In this document: positions 1-10,489 of the stretch, piece by piece
Layout: each line of letters opens with the position of its first letter
Numbering within the stretch: the first letter of the stretch is position 1
NCBI GenBank assembly: GCA_963758525.1
Contig: CAVWVQ010000003.1
Coordinates: 2,656,001 to 2,720,000 of the forward strand
From: an uncultured Phycisphaerales bacterium
GTDB lineage: Bacteria > Planctomycetota > Phycisphaerae > Tepidisphaerales > Tepidisphaeraceae
Length of the DNA: 64,000 nucleotides
Direction of reading: 5' to 3'
Program-made: the position numbers and the translations under genes
The notes under the pieces: generated by a model
What the model saw: the letters and a program-made list of their open reading frames with translations, nothing else
What the model was told of the DNA's origin: nothing
Databases searched by the model: none

Positions 1-3000
1 GCAGGTCACACTCTGCAGGCCATGCGCGATGGCGCTCAGGTCATCTATCAGGCGTGCGTCGAGGCCGCACCGTTCCGTGGTTACGCCGACTTTCTGAATC
101 GACAGGGGGGCATCTCATCCCTGGGCGCACACCACTACGAAGTCTGGGATACGAAGTTGGCGAAATCCGCCAAGCCGTATTTCGTGATCCAGCTGTGCGC
201 CTATGCCGAAATGCTCGAAGTGCTGCAAGGCCGCCGGCCGGAGGGCGTGGAGATTGTGCTGGGCACCAACGATCGCCGGCGTTTCAGGACCAACAACTAT
301 TTTTACTACTACCGCTGTCTGAAGAACGGTTTTTTGAAGTTCCAGGAAAAGTTCGACGCAGAACAGATGCCTCATCCCGGTTTCTCACGGGGCTACGGGC
401 GCTGGAGCGACGTGGCGGAGAGGATCCTGGCCGAATCCGACCACCTGATTGGCGTGGCACGGATGACCCGAACGCAGGTGAAGCGGCTGGAAGCTGCCGG
501 CATCACGACGATCGCGGCGCTGGCCGCTTCCAATCAGTCGACAATCCTCGGCATGGACCCCCTGATCCTGGCCCGGCTCAGGAAACAGGCGCAGCTGCAG
601 ATTCAATCTCGTGGCAAAGACACGCCGGCATTCGAGGTGGTGGCACCGCAGGCCGACGATCCCCGGCGCGGGCTGGCGCTTCTGCCACCTCCTTCGCCGG
701 GGGATGTGTTCTTCGACATGGAAGGCTACCCCTTTGCGGCCGACGGATTGGAATACCTGTTTGGAGCCACATATCAGGAAGGGAAAGAGTTGCGGTTCGC
801 CGACTGGTGGGCGCACGACGCGATTCAAGAGAAAACCGCCTTCGTGGGGTTTGTGACCTGGGCGCACCGGCGATGGAAGCGCGACCCGGACATGCACATT
901 TACCACTACGCGGCCTACGAGCCCTCGGCGCTGCGACGGCTCATGGGTAAGTTTGCCACCTGCGAAGTCGAGGTGGATGAGCTGCTGCGGAACCAGGTCT
1001 TCGTGGACCTCTACACCGTGGTGCGGCAAGGCGTGGTCGTCGGGACGCCGAGCTATTCACTGAAAGACGTCGAGCGGGCGTACATGCGGCCGCGAACCGG
1101 GTCGGTAACAAGCGCTTCTGGATCGATCATCGCATATCAAGCATGGATGGAGAGTGAGCAGCCGCAGAGCTGGCAGGGCTCCCCGATCCTTCGGGAGATC
1201 CGTGATTACAACCAACTGGACTGTGATTCGACGTTCGAGCTCGCGGTCTGGCTGCGCAGGGTGCAGGCCACGCATAACATCGCCTACCTTCCGGAGAAGA
1301 CCGACGCGCCTGGCGACGCGGATCACGAGGACCCCGGCAGGGAGAATCCCAGCAAGGCTCTGGCCGAGAGACTCCTGAAGGAGATTGAAGACAACAAGGT
1401 CACCGATCCCGAGCGCCGGCGGGTGCAGGAGTTGTTGGCGTGGCTGCTGGAGTTCCACTGGCGAGAAGCCAAGCCGGTCTTCTGGCTCATGTTTGAGCGC
1501 CACGACATGACCGAAGAAGAGCTGTCGGCTGACCTGGACTGCCTCGGCGGCCTGCAACGAACCAAAGAACGACCGATACCGGTAGATCGCTCGCGGTTGA
1601 TCGGCTACCGGTACGACCCTGACCAGGACACCAAACTTTGTCCCGGCAGTAAATGCTTCTTTGCTCACGACCTGAGCGCGAAGGTCACCATCGAGACGAT
1701 GGACCGGCAATAGGGGCTGCTCCAGATTCGGTTCGGTCCATCCGTACCAGAAGTCCCTGACCGACTGAATCTAATTCCCAACGAGTACGTATCTGCAAGG
1801 TCGATCTCTGACGCCGTCTGCCGCTACGTGGATGGATGGAGCCACGGTCAGATTCGATCGCAGGCGGTCGATGATCTGATCCACCGCCGGCTTCCCTGGA
1901 TCAAGAGGCATGCGGGCGGCGCAGTGGTGCCGGACGGCGTCGATCTGCTGCCGGCGCTGACCGACGTCATGCGGCGGCTGGATCACACGACGCTGTGTAT
2001 CCAGGGGCCACCGGGATCGGGCAAAACATTTACCGCGGCGCATGTCATCGCCGAGCTGCTGCGTGACGGCAGACGGATCGGGGTCATGGCCAGCAGCCAC
2101 AAGGCGATCCTGAACCTGATGGAGGCGATCGCCGAGGCCGTTGAAGAGAAAGGGATCACCGCACGGCTGGTGAAGGTGGGTGGCGACGCTGATGAACCGT
2201 TGATCGCAACCGGTGTGGTTGAGCATTGCCCCCAAAACTCAGCTGCCGCAGAGGAACTGGGGTCTCGAAGCCTCGTGCTTGGGGGGACTGCCTGGCTCTT
2301 CAGTCGACCGGAGCTGGAAGGGCAGTTGGATTACTTGTTCGTGGACGAAGCTGGACAGGTTTCGCTGGCGAACATCGTCGGCAGCGGGCCGTGTGCCAGG
2401 AACATCATCCTCGTGGGCGATCAGATGCAGCTATCGCAGCCGACGAAGGGATCGCATCCCGGCGAGAGCGGCCTATCCGCGCTCGATTACCTCCTCCAAG
2501 GACACGCGACGATCCCGCCCGAACTGGGCGTGTTCCTGAGCAAGACATATCGTATGCACCCGGAAGTCTGCGAATTTATCTCGCAGGCCGTGTACGAGGG
2601 GCGGCTGAAGTCTCATCCCGATACCGCCAGGCAGGCGGTCCTCTGCGGTGATAAAGACCACGGAATGATCCGACGGCAGTCAGGCGTGAGCTTTGTGCCC
2701 GTCGAGCATGAAGGCAACGCCCAGGCAAGCGACGAGGAAATCGAGATCATCGAGGCGATCATCAGGCAGTTGCTCGGCAGGTGCGTGGTTGAGCGTGATG
2801 GTACGCAACGGGATTTAACGCTCAGCGACATCCTGATCGTCGCGCCGTACAACATGCAGGTCCGGCGACTGCAGGTCCGGCTGGGAACCAATGCTCGCGT
2901 TGGCACGGTCGACAGTTTCCAGGGCCAGGAAGCTCATGTGGTGATTGTCTCTATGTGCGCGTCGAGCGTGGAAGACAGTCCACGCGGGCTTGAGTTCCTG

Positions 3001-3168
3001 TTGAACAAGAACCGCATCAATGTTGCGGTGTCCAGGGCAAAGAGCCTCGCGATTGTGGTGTGGTGCCCGAATCTCATGGCAGCACGCTGCCGCACGATCG
3101 AGCAGATGGAACTCGTGAATCTGTTTTGCTGGCTGGCGGCATATGCGGAAGAGTTGTCGGCCCGATAG
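1..3168 (+). pseudogene. TM0106-family RecB-like nuclease / RNase H-like / SF1 (DNA2/UPF1-like) helicase, split by one in-frame TAG at 1711-1713; 5' end lies outside the window
   Basis: ORFs 22..1713 and 1828..3168 are in the same frame and the sequence between them reads open (GLLQIRFGPSVPEVPDRLNL). Motifs: YEVWDTKLA..QLCAY nuclease, FFDMEG/HYAAYE/YNQLDC RNase H-like, QGPPGSGKT, VDEAGQ, VGDQMQL, TVDSFQGQE, RINVAVSRAK. Confidence 0.85.
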
Positions 3169-3197
3169 GTGGGCACACGATGTGCGGGGGGCGTCGC

Positions 3198-4247
3198 CTA
3201 ACCCACTCTTGGCGAGCGATCCTCAAAATGCATAGGTAGCGCAATGTCGTAAATTTTCCAGAACGGATCATGTGAACCGCCATCTTCGAAGTGCGCAGCT
3301 TTCACAGTGTGGGGCATTCGCGGCTCCTTGAGGTATGTGACGTACCGACTCAGCGCAGGCAGATAATCGCCTGCGGCAATGTACGAGGGTAACGTAGCGA
3401 CGAATGTCAGTCCGTTGATTCTGAAAAGCAGCGATACCGCGAACAGCATCTCTTGGGACCTCTCAAACACCGGATGGCCACGAAATTCAGGATCGAATCT
3501 ATCAGCGTAATGGAGGAGGAACCATTTGCTTGTCAGCGTGTCTCCCAATGGAATGAGCGAATCGTTCAGTACAATTTTCACGCATCCCCTGAAGGGGCCG
3601 AAGTATTCCCCTGCCTGTTCTTTTGAGGCACGCTCCTCGAAAAAACGAGCGAGCGGACGCCTCACGAAATCAGCAGATGGATTACCCACCCACCTGTATC
3701 CGGCGATGCGAAACATCGCCAGATAGGCGCACTTCAGAAATGAGCCTATCAAGGCCGGTTCTGCCAATACGATAGAAGCTTCAAGTTGAACAGGCCTAGT
3801 CAAATCAAACCCCTCGATTGCGATCTTCACAAAACGGTGAGGGAAACTGTTGGTCGGTCCGTTAATCGAAAAACGCGGGAATCGCTTTCCCATCTCGGCA
3901 AGGTTCTTCTGATTGGGAGCGGCGGCTATGACCGGAAAGCGCTCGTCACCACTGACGACAGCAGCGGTGTCCGCCTTGTCAACGAACTCGTCTGATGCCA
4001 TTTTTGGAATGTTGAGATACTTGATGAGGTCGGGCTCAATCGTGCGACCGAAGTAATTGTCAACATCCTTTCGCTGGATCACCTTTAGACGTGAACATTC
4101 TTTGATAGCCGCGTTCAGGACATGCCCATCGCAAAGCTCCGCCTTTGGATCATCGTACAGTAGAATAGGGCAGAGGAATCGCTCCGGCGCGACGCCAATA
4201 CAGGCTTGGAGGTCATTGGCAAACCATTTCAACTGCTCTTCGTTCAT
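3198..4247 (-). CDS. Hypothetical protein, possibly HNH-like nuclease (349 aa)
   Basis: Long ORF in AT-richer sequence. Start moved to ATG 4247 (MNEEQ). N-terminal FLCPI...CDGHVLN...DNYFG resembles HNH-type motifs. Confidence 0.5.
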   Translation of the reverse strand: MNEEQLKWFANDLQACIGVAPERFLCPILLYDDPKAELCDGHVLNAAIKECSRLKVIQRKDVDNYFGRTIEPDLIKYLNIPKMASDEFVDKADTAAVVSGDERFPVIAAAPNQKNLAEMGKRFPRFSINGPTNSFPHRFVKIAIEGFDLTRPVQLEASIVLAEPALIGSFLKCAYLAMFRIAGYRWVGNPSADFVRRPLARFFEERASKEQAGEYFGPFRGCVKIVLNDSLIPLGDTLTSKWFLLHYADRFDPEFRGHPVFERSQEMLFAVSLLFRINGLTFVATLPSYIAAGDYLPALSRYVTYLKEPRMPHTVKAAHFEDGGSHDPFWKIYDIALPMHFEDRSPRVG

Positions 4248-4387
4248 CGCGCCTTCGATGCACTTCCAATCCCGTGGTGATCGAAGCATACGCAGCCTTG
4301 CTAAGCCTCTCCATCGGGGCTGTTCCGTTTTGACTGTTTGCTGGCGTGGGACCGCTCCCAACGTTAATCTTTTCCCACGCGGGGAAC

Positions 4388-7300
4388 ATGAGCACTCAAT
4401 CGAACATCCACTCTCCGAACTTCTCGTTTCTAGGCAGGCACGGCGAAGTCCTACTCAGGTACGGTGCCTTGGCCGAGCGATACGTCTTTGACGATCCCAA
4501 CTCCGCACTGATTAAACTTCGCCAGCTTGGCGAGGCGCTCGCGAAGAAGATCGCCGCGTCCATCGGCTTGGCGATCGATCCCGACATCGACTTTCTTGGT
4601 CTGTTAAACAAGCTCCGCGATTCCGGGGTGCTGACACCCGAGGTCGCCGAGCTTTTCCACGGTCTCCGCAAGGCGGGCAACGCGGCCGCCCATGACGGTG
4701 TCGGGACACAACGCGAAGCACTGCATCAGCTCAAGATGGCTCGCATCCTCGGAGTGTGGTTTCAGAAGGCATTCGGAAACGAGCCGAAGTTCAAGGCCGG
4801 TCCCTTCGTGCCTCCGCCCGACCCGCGCCAGGCTGAATCAGCCCTCGTTGCGGAACTCGATCAGCTCCGCAAACAACTCGCCGCTGGCGAAGCGGAAACC
4901 CACACCGCGAAATTGACCGCCCAACAAGAGGCGAAACTCAGACAGGACGCCGAGGTCCGCGCCAGCGCCATGTATCACGACCTGGAGGCGGCCTTCGCTC
5001 TCGCCGAAGATGCTGAACGCCGCCTCGAAGCCGACCGTCGGCAATTCGCGCAGGCACTCGCCACCCAACAGGCACAGGTGGTGCAACAGGCTACAGTTGC
5101 TCCGGCTACCGTTCAGGCCACCATCAGCCTGGCTATCCAGGCCGGCAACGCGCTCGATCTCTCCGAAGCCGATACTCGTAAGCTCATTGACGCCGAACTC
5201 CGAGAGGCCGGCTGGGAAGCCGACACCCCTCTCCTCCGCTATGCTGCCGGCACCCGACCACAGAAGGGGACCAACATCGCCATCGCCGAGTGGCCCACAG
5301 CCTCCGGCCCCGCTGACTACGCCCTGTTCGTCGGGCTCGTCTGCGTCGGCGTGGTTGAGGCCAAGCGCAAGAACAAGGATGTGGCCGGCTCCATCGAGCA
5401 GGCCAAACGCTACAGCAGGGGTTTTACGTTCGACGCTAATCAAACCGCAACGGGAAGCCCGTGGGGTTCTTACAAGGTCCCGTTCCTATTCGCCACCAAC
5501 GGCCGGCCATTTCTTCGGCAACTCATCACCAAGAGCGGCATCTGGTTCCTCGACGGCCGCGCCGCACACAATAACGCCCGCGCCCTCCAGGGTTGGTACA
5601 CGCCCAGCGGCCTGTTGGACCTCCTCAAACAGGACGAGCAGGCCGCCCAGGAAACCCTCCGTGCCGAGCCAACCGACTACCTGCCGCTCCGCGACTTCCA
5701 GAAGCGTGCCATCGCCGCCGTCGAGAAAGCGCTGGAGCAATCCCGCCGTCAACTGCTCATCGCCATGGCCACTGGCACCGGCAAGACCCGAACCAGCATT
5801 GGCATGGTTTACCGCCTGATCAAAGCCAAGCGATTTAACCGCGTCCTGTTCCTCGTGGACCGTTCCGCCCTTGGCGAGCAGGCCACCGACGCCTTTAAGG
5901 ACGTGCGACTTGAGAGCCTCAAGACCTTCTCTGACATTTATGACGTGAAGGAGATGGGCGACCTCCGTCCCGACGCAGACACTCGTCTTCACGTTGGCAC
6001 CATCCAGGGCATGATGCGCCGCATCCTCCTCTCCGAGGACCGCGAGCCCATCCCCGTCGATCTCTATGATTGCATCGTCGTCGACGAGTGCCATCGCGGC
6101 TACCGCTGGGATGACCTGATAATGAAAGACGGCATCGAGCAGCTCAACTTCTATAAATCCCTACTCCTGCACCTGGGCACCAAGGGCTCTGGTCGCGTGC
6201 AGGCGATCTTCGCCGACGCCACGACCTCGCTCCGCCAGCCACGCAATCTGGCCAAGCTCGTGACCGACATTGATGCCCTCGACTGGTATTCTGCAAAGAG
6301 CGAAGGTCTTGGAGATCTCTATGAAGGGCTGTTGGAGAAGAATGCCAACGAGAAGAAGTCCGGTGCCGGGCAGTATTTCACGCCACGACCACTGATCGAG
6401 TGCATGGTCGAGCTCACCCAGCCCCAGGCTGGCGAGTTCGTGCAGGACCCTGCTGCCGGCACCGGCGGCTTTCTCATCGCCGCCGACCGGTACATCAAGG
6501 CCCGTACCGACGACCTCTTCAAGCTTTCCGTGCGCCTGCAGGATTTTCAGAAGCGCCAAGCATTCTACGGCATCGAGCTTGTCCCCGACGCCCACCGCCT
6601 GCTGCTGATGAACGCTATGCTGCACGATATTGAAGGTGATCTGATTCTCGGCGATACGCTTTCCGCCGACGGTGCCAAGCTCCCCGTCGCCGATGTCATC
6701 CTCACCAATCCGCCGTTCGGCACGAAGAAAGGGGGCGGTCAGCCCACCCGTGACGACTTCACCTACCCCACTTCCAACAAGCAGCTCTGCTTCCTCCAGC
6801 ATGTTTACCGTGGCTTGCGTCCCAGCACCAAGGAGAAGGTTAGTCGTGCGGCCATCGTCCTGCCGGACAACGTCCTGTTTGAAGAAGGCGTCGGTGCCCA
6901 GGTCCGGGCTGATCTGATGGACAAGTGCAACTTACACACGATCCTTCGCCTGCCGACCGGCATCTTCTACGCGCAGGGTGTCAAGACCAATGTCCTGTTC
7001 TTCACCCGCGGCCTGGCCGCGAAGGACACCGGCAACACTAAGGGCGTCTGGATCTACAACATGCGGGCCAACATGCCTGCTTTCGGCAAGCGCACGCCTC
7101 TCACCATCGAGCATTTCAAAGACTTCAGGGTCGCCTATGGTCGCGACCCGCTCGGCCAATCGAAGCGGAAAGACCATGGGGAGGAAGGACGCTTCCGCTA
7201 CTTCACCCGCGAGTTCATCCGCGACAAGAAGGGCGAAAGCCTCGACATTTCCTGGCTGAAGGACGATAGCGACGGCAGCAACGAAGTGCTGCCCGATCCT

Positions 7301-7399
7301 GATGAAATCGCGGCTGCGATAACGGCGAAGCTGAAGACGGCGATGAAGGAGATGGGCGAGCTTGTGGAGATACTGGAAGGGCAGGAGGTGGACACGTGA
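4388..7399 (+). CDS. hsdR-hsdM: In-frame fusion of the N-terminal half of type I restriction subunit R (EcoKI-like) to type I methyltransferase M
   Basis: HsdR part: DUF4145-like N-terminus, PADYALF..VEAKR nuclease, ATGTGKT, DECHRGY. HsdM part: RWDDL..EQLNFY, GQYFTPR, DPAAGTGGF, NPPF. Junction at GGCTAC 6098-6103. Confidence 0.85.
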   Translation: MSTQSNIHSPNFSFLGRHGEVLLRYGALAERYVFDDPNSALIKLRQLGEALAKKIAASIGLAIDPDIDFLGLLNKLRDSGVLTPEVAELFHGLRKAGNAAAHDGVGTQREALHQLKMARILGVWFQKAFGNEPKFKAGPFVPPPDPRQAESALVAELDQLRKQLAAGEAETHTAKLTAQQEAKLRQDAEVRASAMYHDLEAAFALAEDAERRLEADRRQFAQALATQQAQVVQQATVAPATVQATISLAIQAGNALDLSEADTRKLIDAELREAGWEADTPLLRYAAGTRPQKGTNIAIAEWPTASGPADYALFVGLVCVGVVEAKRKNKDVAGSIEQAKRYSRGFTFDANQTATGSPWGSYKVPFLFATNGRPFLRQLITKSGIWFLDGRAAHNNARALQGWYTPSGLLDLLKQDEQAAQETLRAEPTDYLPLRDFQKRAIAAVEKALEQSRRQLLIAMATGTGKTRTSIGMVYRLIKAKRFNRVLFLVDRSALGEQATDAFKDVRLESLKTFSDIYDVKEMGDLRPDADTRLHVGTIQGMMRRILLSEDREPIPVDLYDCIVVDECHRGYRWDDLIMKDGIEQLNFYKSLLLHLGTKGSGRVQAIFADATTSLRQPRNLAKLVTDIDALDWYSAKSEGLGDLYEGLLEKNANEKKSGAGQYFTPRPLIECMVELTQPQAGEFVQDPAAGTGGFLIAADRYIKARTDDLFKLSVRLQDFQKRQAFYGIELVPDAHRLLLMNAMLHDIEGDLILGDTLSADGAKLPVADVILTNPPFGTKKGGGQPTRDDFTYPTSNKQLCFLQHVYRGLRPSTKEKVSRAAIVLPDNVLFEEGVGAQVRADLMDKCNLHTILRLPTGIFYAQGVKTNVLFFTRGLAAKDTGNTKGVWIYNMRANMPAFGKRTPLTIEHFKDFRVAYGRDPLGQSKRKDHGEEGRFRYFTREFIRDKKGESLDISWLKDDSDGSNEVLPDPDEIAAAITAKLKTAMKEMGELVEILEGQEVDT

Positions 7400-9528
7400 G
7401 CGATGAGGATGACATCCTTCCTGCCGGTTGGATCGAGGCTCCGATCAGTGACTTGGCCGTTGAAAGGGTCGAGCAGTCTGGTCCCACAGAAGCCAGCGTC
7501 TTCACTTACATTGATATTGGCAGCGTCGATAATGCGGCGAAGGCAATCGTCAGCCCGAAAGTGATGGAATGCCGGTCGGCACCGAGTAGGGCACGTCAAA
7601 GCGTGAAGACTGGTGACGTCCTTGTTTCAATGACGCGACCGAATCTCAACGCCGTCGCATGCGTACCGCCAGAACTTGACGGAGCGATAGCATCGACTGG
7701 CTTTGACGTTCTCAGATCCTCCGAGATTCACCCGGACTGGATCTTTGCCCACGTCCGGTCGCAGCCATTCGTGGAGAAGATGACGTCTCTCGTGCGTGGA
7801 GCACTCTATCCTGCGGTGAATTCACGCGAAGTGCGGAGCTATGTCATTTCTGTGCCACCTGTGGCCGAACAGAAAAGAATCATCTCGAAGATTTCATCAC
7901 TGGAGAATCGCAGTCGCAAAGTCCGCGAAGCATTGGAAGCAGTCGGTCCATTGTTGAACCATTTCCGGCAATCGGTCTTGGCGGCGGCGTTCCGTGGCGA
8001 CCTCACGGCTGACTGGCGTGCCGCCCATCCCGACACCGAGCCCGCCAGCGCCCTGCTCGCCCGCATCCGCCAGGAGCGCCGCCACAAGTGGGAAAAGGCC
8101 GAGCTGCCCAAGATGAAAGCTAAGGGCAAGAAGCCCACCGATGACAAGTGGAAAGAGCGGTATGAGGAGCCGGAGCCGGTGGTTGACGCCGATTTGCCGG
8201 ATTTGCCGGAGGGGTGGTGCTGGTGCCCTTTGCACGAAGTCGGATACTTAAATCGGGGGAAATCTCGTCACCGTCCTCGAAATGCCGAACACCTTTACGG
8301 CGGTGCTTATCCGTTTGTCCAGACCGGCGACATTGCAAACTCCGGCGGTAAGATCCTGAGACATTCGCAGACTTATTCTGAGGCGGGCTTGGAACAAAGC
8401 CGGCTCTGGCCAACCGGAACTGTATGCATCACGATCGCGGCGAACATAGCAAGTTCCGCGGTTCTCACCTATCCCGCTTGCTTTCCTGATAGCGTGGTTG
8501 GCGTCATCCCGGATTCTCAATTGTGTTCGCCAGAGTTTCTTGAGTTCTTTCTGCGGACGGCCAAGGAAAACCTTGAGCGCTTCGCTCCTGCGACTGCCCA
8601 GAAGAACATCAACGTCGGCATACTAAACGACGTCGCCGTACCTCTCCCACCATCAGGCGAATTACGTGAACTTGTGAGTCGAGTCACGCACGCTTTTAGG
8701 GCGATTTCATGTGTGGAGATTCAAGTCTCTGACGCCCTGCGGGACTTGAGTATTCAAGACCAATCCATCCTCGCCAAAGCCTTCCGTGGCGAATTGGTAC
8801 CGCAAGATCGCAATGACGAGCCGGCGTCGCTCCTGCTGGAGCGCATCCGCGCCGCCCGTGAGCCCGGGGAGAGCAACGACAACGGCAATGGCACTCGCCG
8901 CAAGGGACGACTTAACCACCAGCCTGACGTTGCCGCAACCGACGATGGGCCTCGTCCCGCTTTGGAAGGCAAGCCAGCAGCAAAGGACAAACCAGATGCC
9001 ACCGCCAAACAGTTAGAGCTATTCCAGAAATCCGACGGCCGCACAACCCATGGGAATGTTGCGGTCGCGTCTACCGCTCTACCGATCGACGTGACCGACC
9101 GCGACGAGGTGATGGCTGCCGTGCGCGAGGTATTCACCGACGGCGTCACCCGTGACCGCGAGACGGCCTTGCGGGAACTGTCCAACGCGTTGGGCTATGG
9201 CCGGCTGGGAGCGCGCATTCGCGATGCGCTCGATGGCGATCTTCGCACAGCCGTCCGCCGTGGCATCCTGGAAAATACTCCGGCCGGCTTGCGCATCCTC
9301 TGCCGCAACATCTCCGATTACGACCGCGATTTCTTGATTGAGCAATTGTTGGCCGGCATTGGGACCAATTGGTGGGACCGCGAGGTGTTGATCGAGGGCA
9401 CCGCCCGCTGGCTAGGCTATCGCCGCACCGGACCTGTGATTGCGGAGACGCTTGCAAGCGCCATCACCCTGGCAATCCGGCGTGAGATTCTGTCTGCCGA
9501 TGGTTCGCGCGTCCGACGGCTGAAGTAA
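7396..9528 (+). CDS. hsdS: Type I restriction-modification specificity subunit with a C-terminal extension
   Basis: GTGA overlap with hsdM. LPAGW / LPEGW TRD starts, PPVAEQKRI, QSVLAAAFRGDLT, QSILAKAFRGELVPQD..EPASLLLERI. Confidence 0.9.
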   Translation: MSDEDDILPAGWIEAPISDLAVERVEQSGPTEASVFTYIDIGSVDNAAKAIVSPKVMECRSAPSRARQSVKTGDVLVSMTRPNLNAVACVPPELDGAIASTGFDVLRSSEIHPDWIFAHVRSQPFVEKMTSLVRGALYPAVNSREVRSYVISVPPVAEQKRIISKISSLENRSRKVREALEAVGPLLNHFRQSVLAAAFRGDLTADWRAAHPDTEPASALLARIRQERRHKWEKAELPKMKAKGKKPTDDKWKERYEEPEPVVDADLPDLPEGWCWCPLHEVGYLNRGKSRHRPRNAEHLYGGAYPFVQTGDIANSGGKILRHSQTYSEAGLEQSRLWPTGTVCITIAANIASSAVLTYPACFPDSVVGVIPDSQLCSPEFLEFFLRTAKENLERFAPATAQKNINVGILNDVAVPLPPSGELRELVSRVTHAFRAISCVEIQVSDALRDLSIQDQSILAKAFRGELVPQDRNDEPASLLLERIRAAREPGESNDNGNGTRRKGRLNHQPDVAATDDGPRPALEGKPAAKDKPDATAKQLELFQKSDGRTTHGNVAVASTALPIDVTDRDEVMAAVREVFTDGVTRDRETALRELSNALGYGRLGARIRDALDGDLRTAVRRGILENTPAGLRILCRNISDYDRDFLIEQLLAGIGTNWWDREVLIEGTARWLGYRRTGPVIAETLASAITLAIRREILSADGSRVRRLK

Positions 9529-9864
9529 CCTGTCGCACGACGCGCGAAACGCCAATTGTGGAAGCCATGTGTCGATGGAGGGACGCAGATCAAAGCATCC
9601 TGTGGCCAAAACGGCGTATGTGTCGCTGAAAAAGTAGGAATCGCGTATGAACAAAGTCGATCCTCAACTCACCGGCGACCCCGTTCGAAAGGCGATGAGT
9701 AGACTAAAGGGAGTGGAGTTTCGTGGCCCCGAAGAACTCGCCGAGTTCCTGAAGAGGGAAGGTTTGAAGCTTCTCCCGCTGGTGCAGGTCGGCCATCGCC
9801 GCAATCAGCGAAAAACGCGTGCTATTTCTTTAATCGCCTGGAGGCCAATCGTGCGCGCTGCATT

Positions 9865-10197
9865 TCAAGACACTGTCCAGCGGTAGTCATAGTGGTCGAC
9901 TATCGTATCGCTCTGGTCCCGGCAATTCGGAAACGCGTTGTAGAGTATGGCGTTGACCTTGTCATGATCCCCGCCTCTGGGCAATTGTATCTCAACATCG
10001 TTTCGCCAGCCTCCTGGGGCAGTAACGCTGATGCCCTTTAATCCCAGCGATTTGAACAGATTGCGGATGGCGGCGGCCAGTTCTTTTGCCGGAACACTGC
10101 GGTCGACAAAATCAGGCTTGACCGCGTTGGGATCGATTGTGACCAACTTAGCTTGCAACGCTCTCGTTCTGGCCTCTAGCACATCGCGGTCACTCAT
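9865..10197 (-). CDS. Hypothetical protein (110 aa), weak resemblance to LPD29-like domains
   Basis: GGAG RBS before the ATG. AAAIRNLFK..GISV..DQSDTIVDHYDY pattern. Confidence 0.4.
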   Translation of the reverse strand: MSDRDVLEARTRALQAKLVTIDPNAVKPDFVDRSVPAKELAAAIRNLFKSLGLKGISVTAPGGWRNDVEIQLPRGGDHDKVNAILYNAFPNCRDQSDTIVDHYDYRWTVS

Positions 10198-10489
10198 GTC
10201 GTTCTCCGTCAGATGGCATTATTTCCTGCCAGCATATTGTCAGAGAGCTGTCAGTGGGGCGTTGGTCGCGTCAATTATCCAACTGCAATGGAAGGGTTAA
10301 GTGAGCACGCGGAGATTTATCGTCCGCTCTCGCAGTGTTCCATGTAAGGGCCACATCCACGCCACATGTCGCCTACGCGCCTTTCACTGTGTACTCCTGC
10401 TCGTGCCACCGAATCGATCACCCGATCGATTAATGCTGGGACGGTTGCTTCCGATCACGTCACGATATTTCTGCTCAAGCTGGTGGAAC

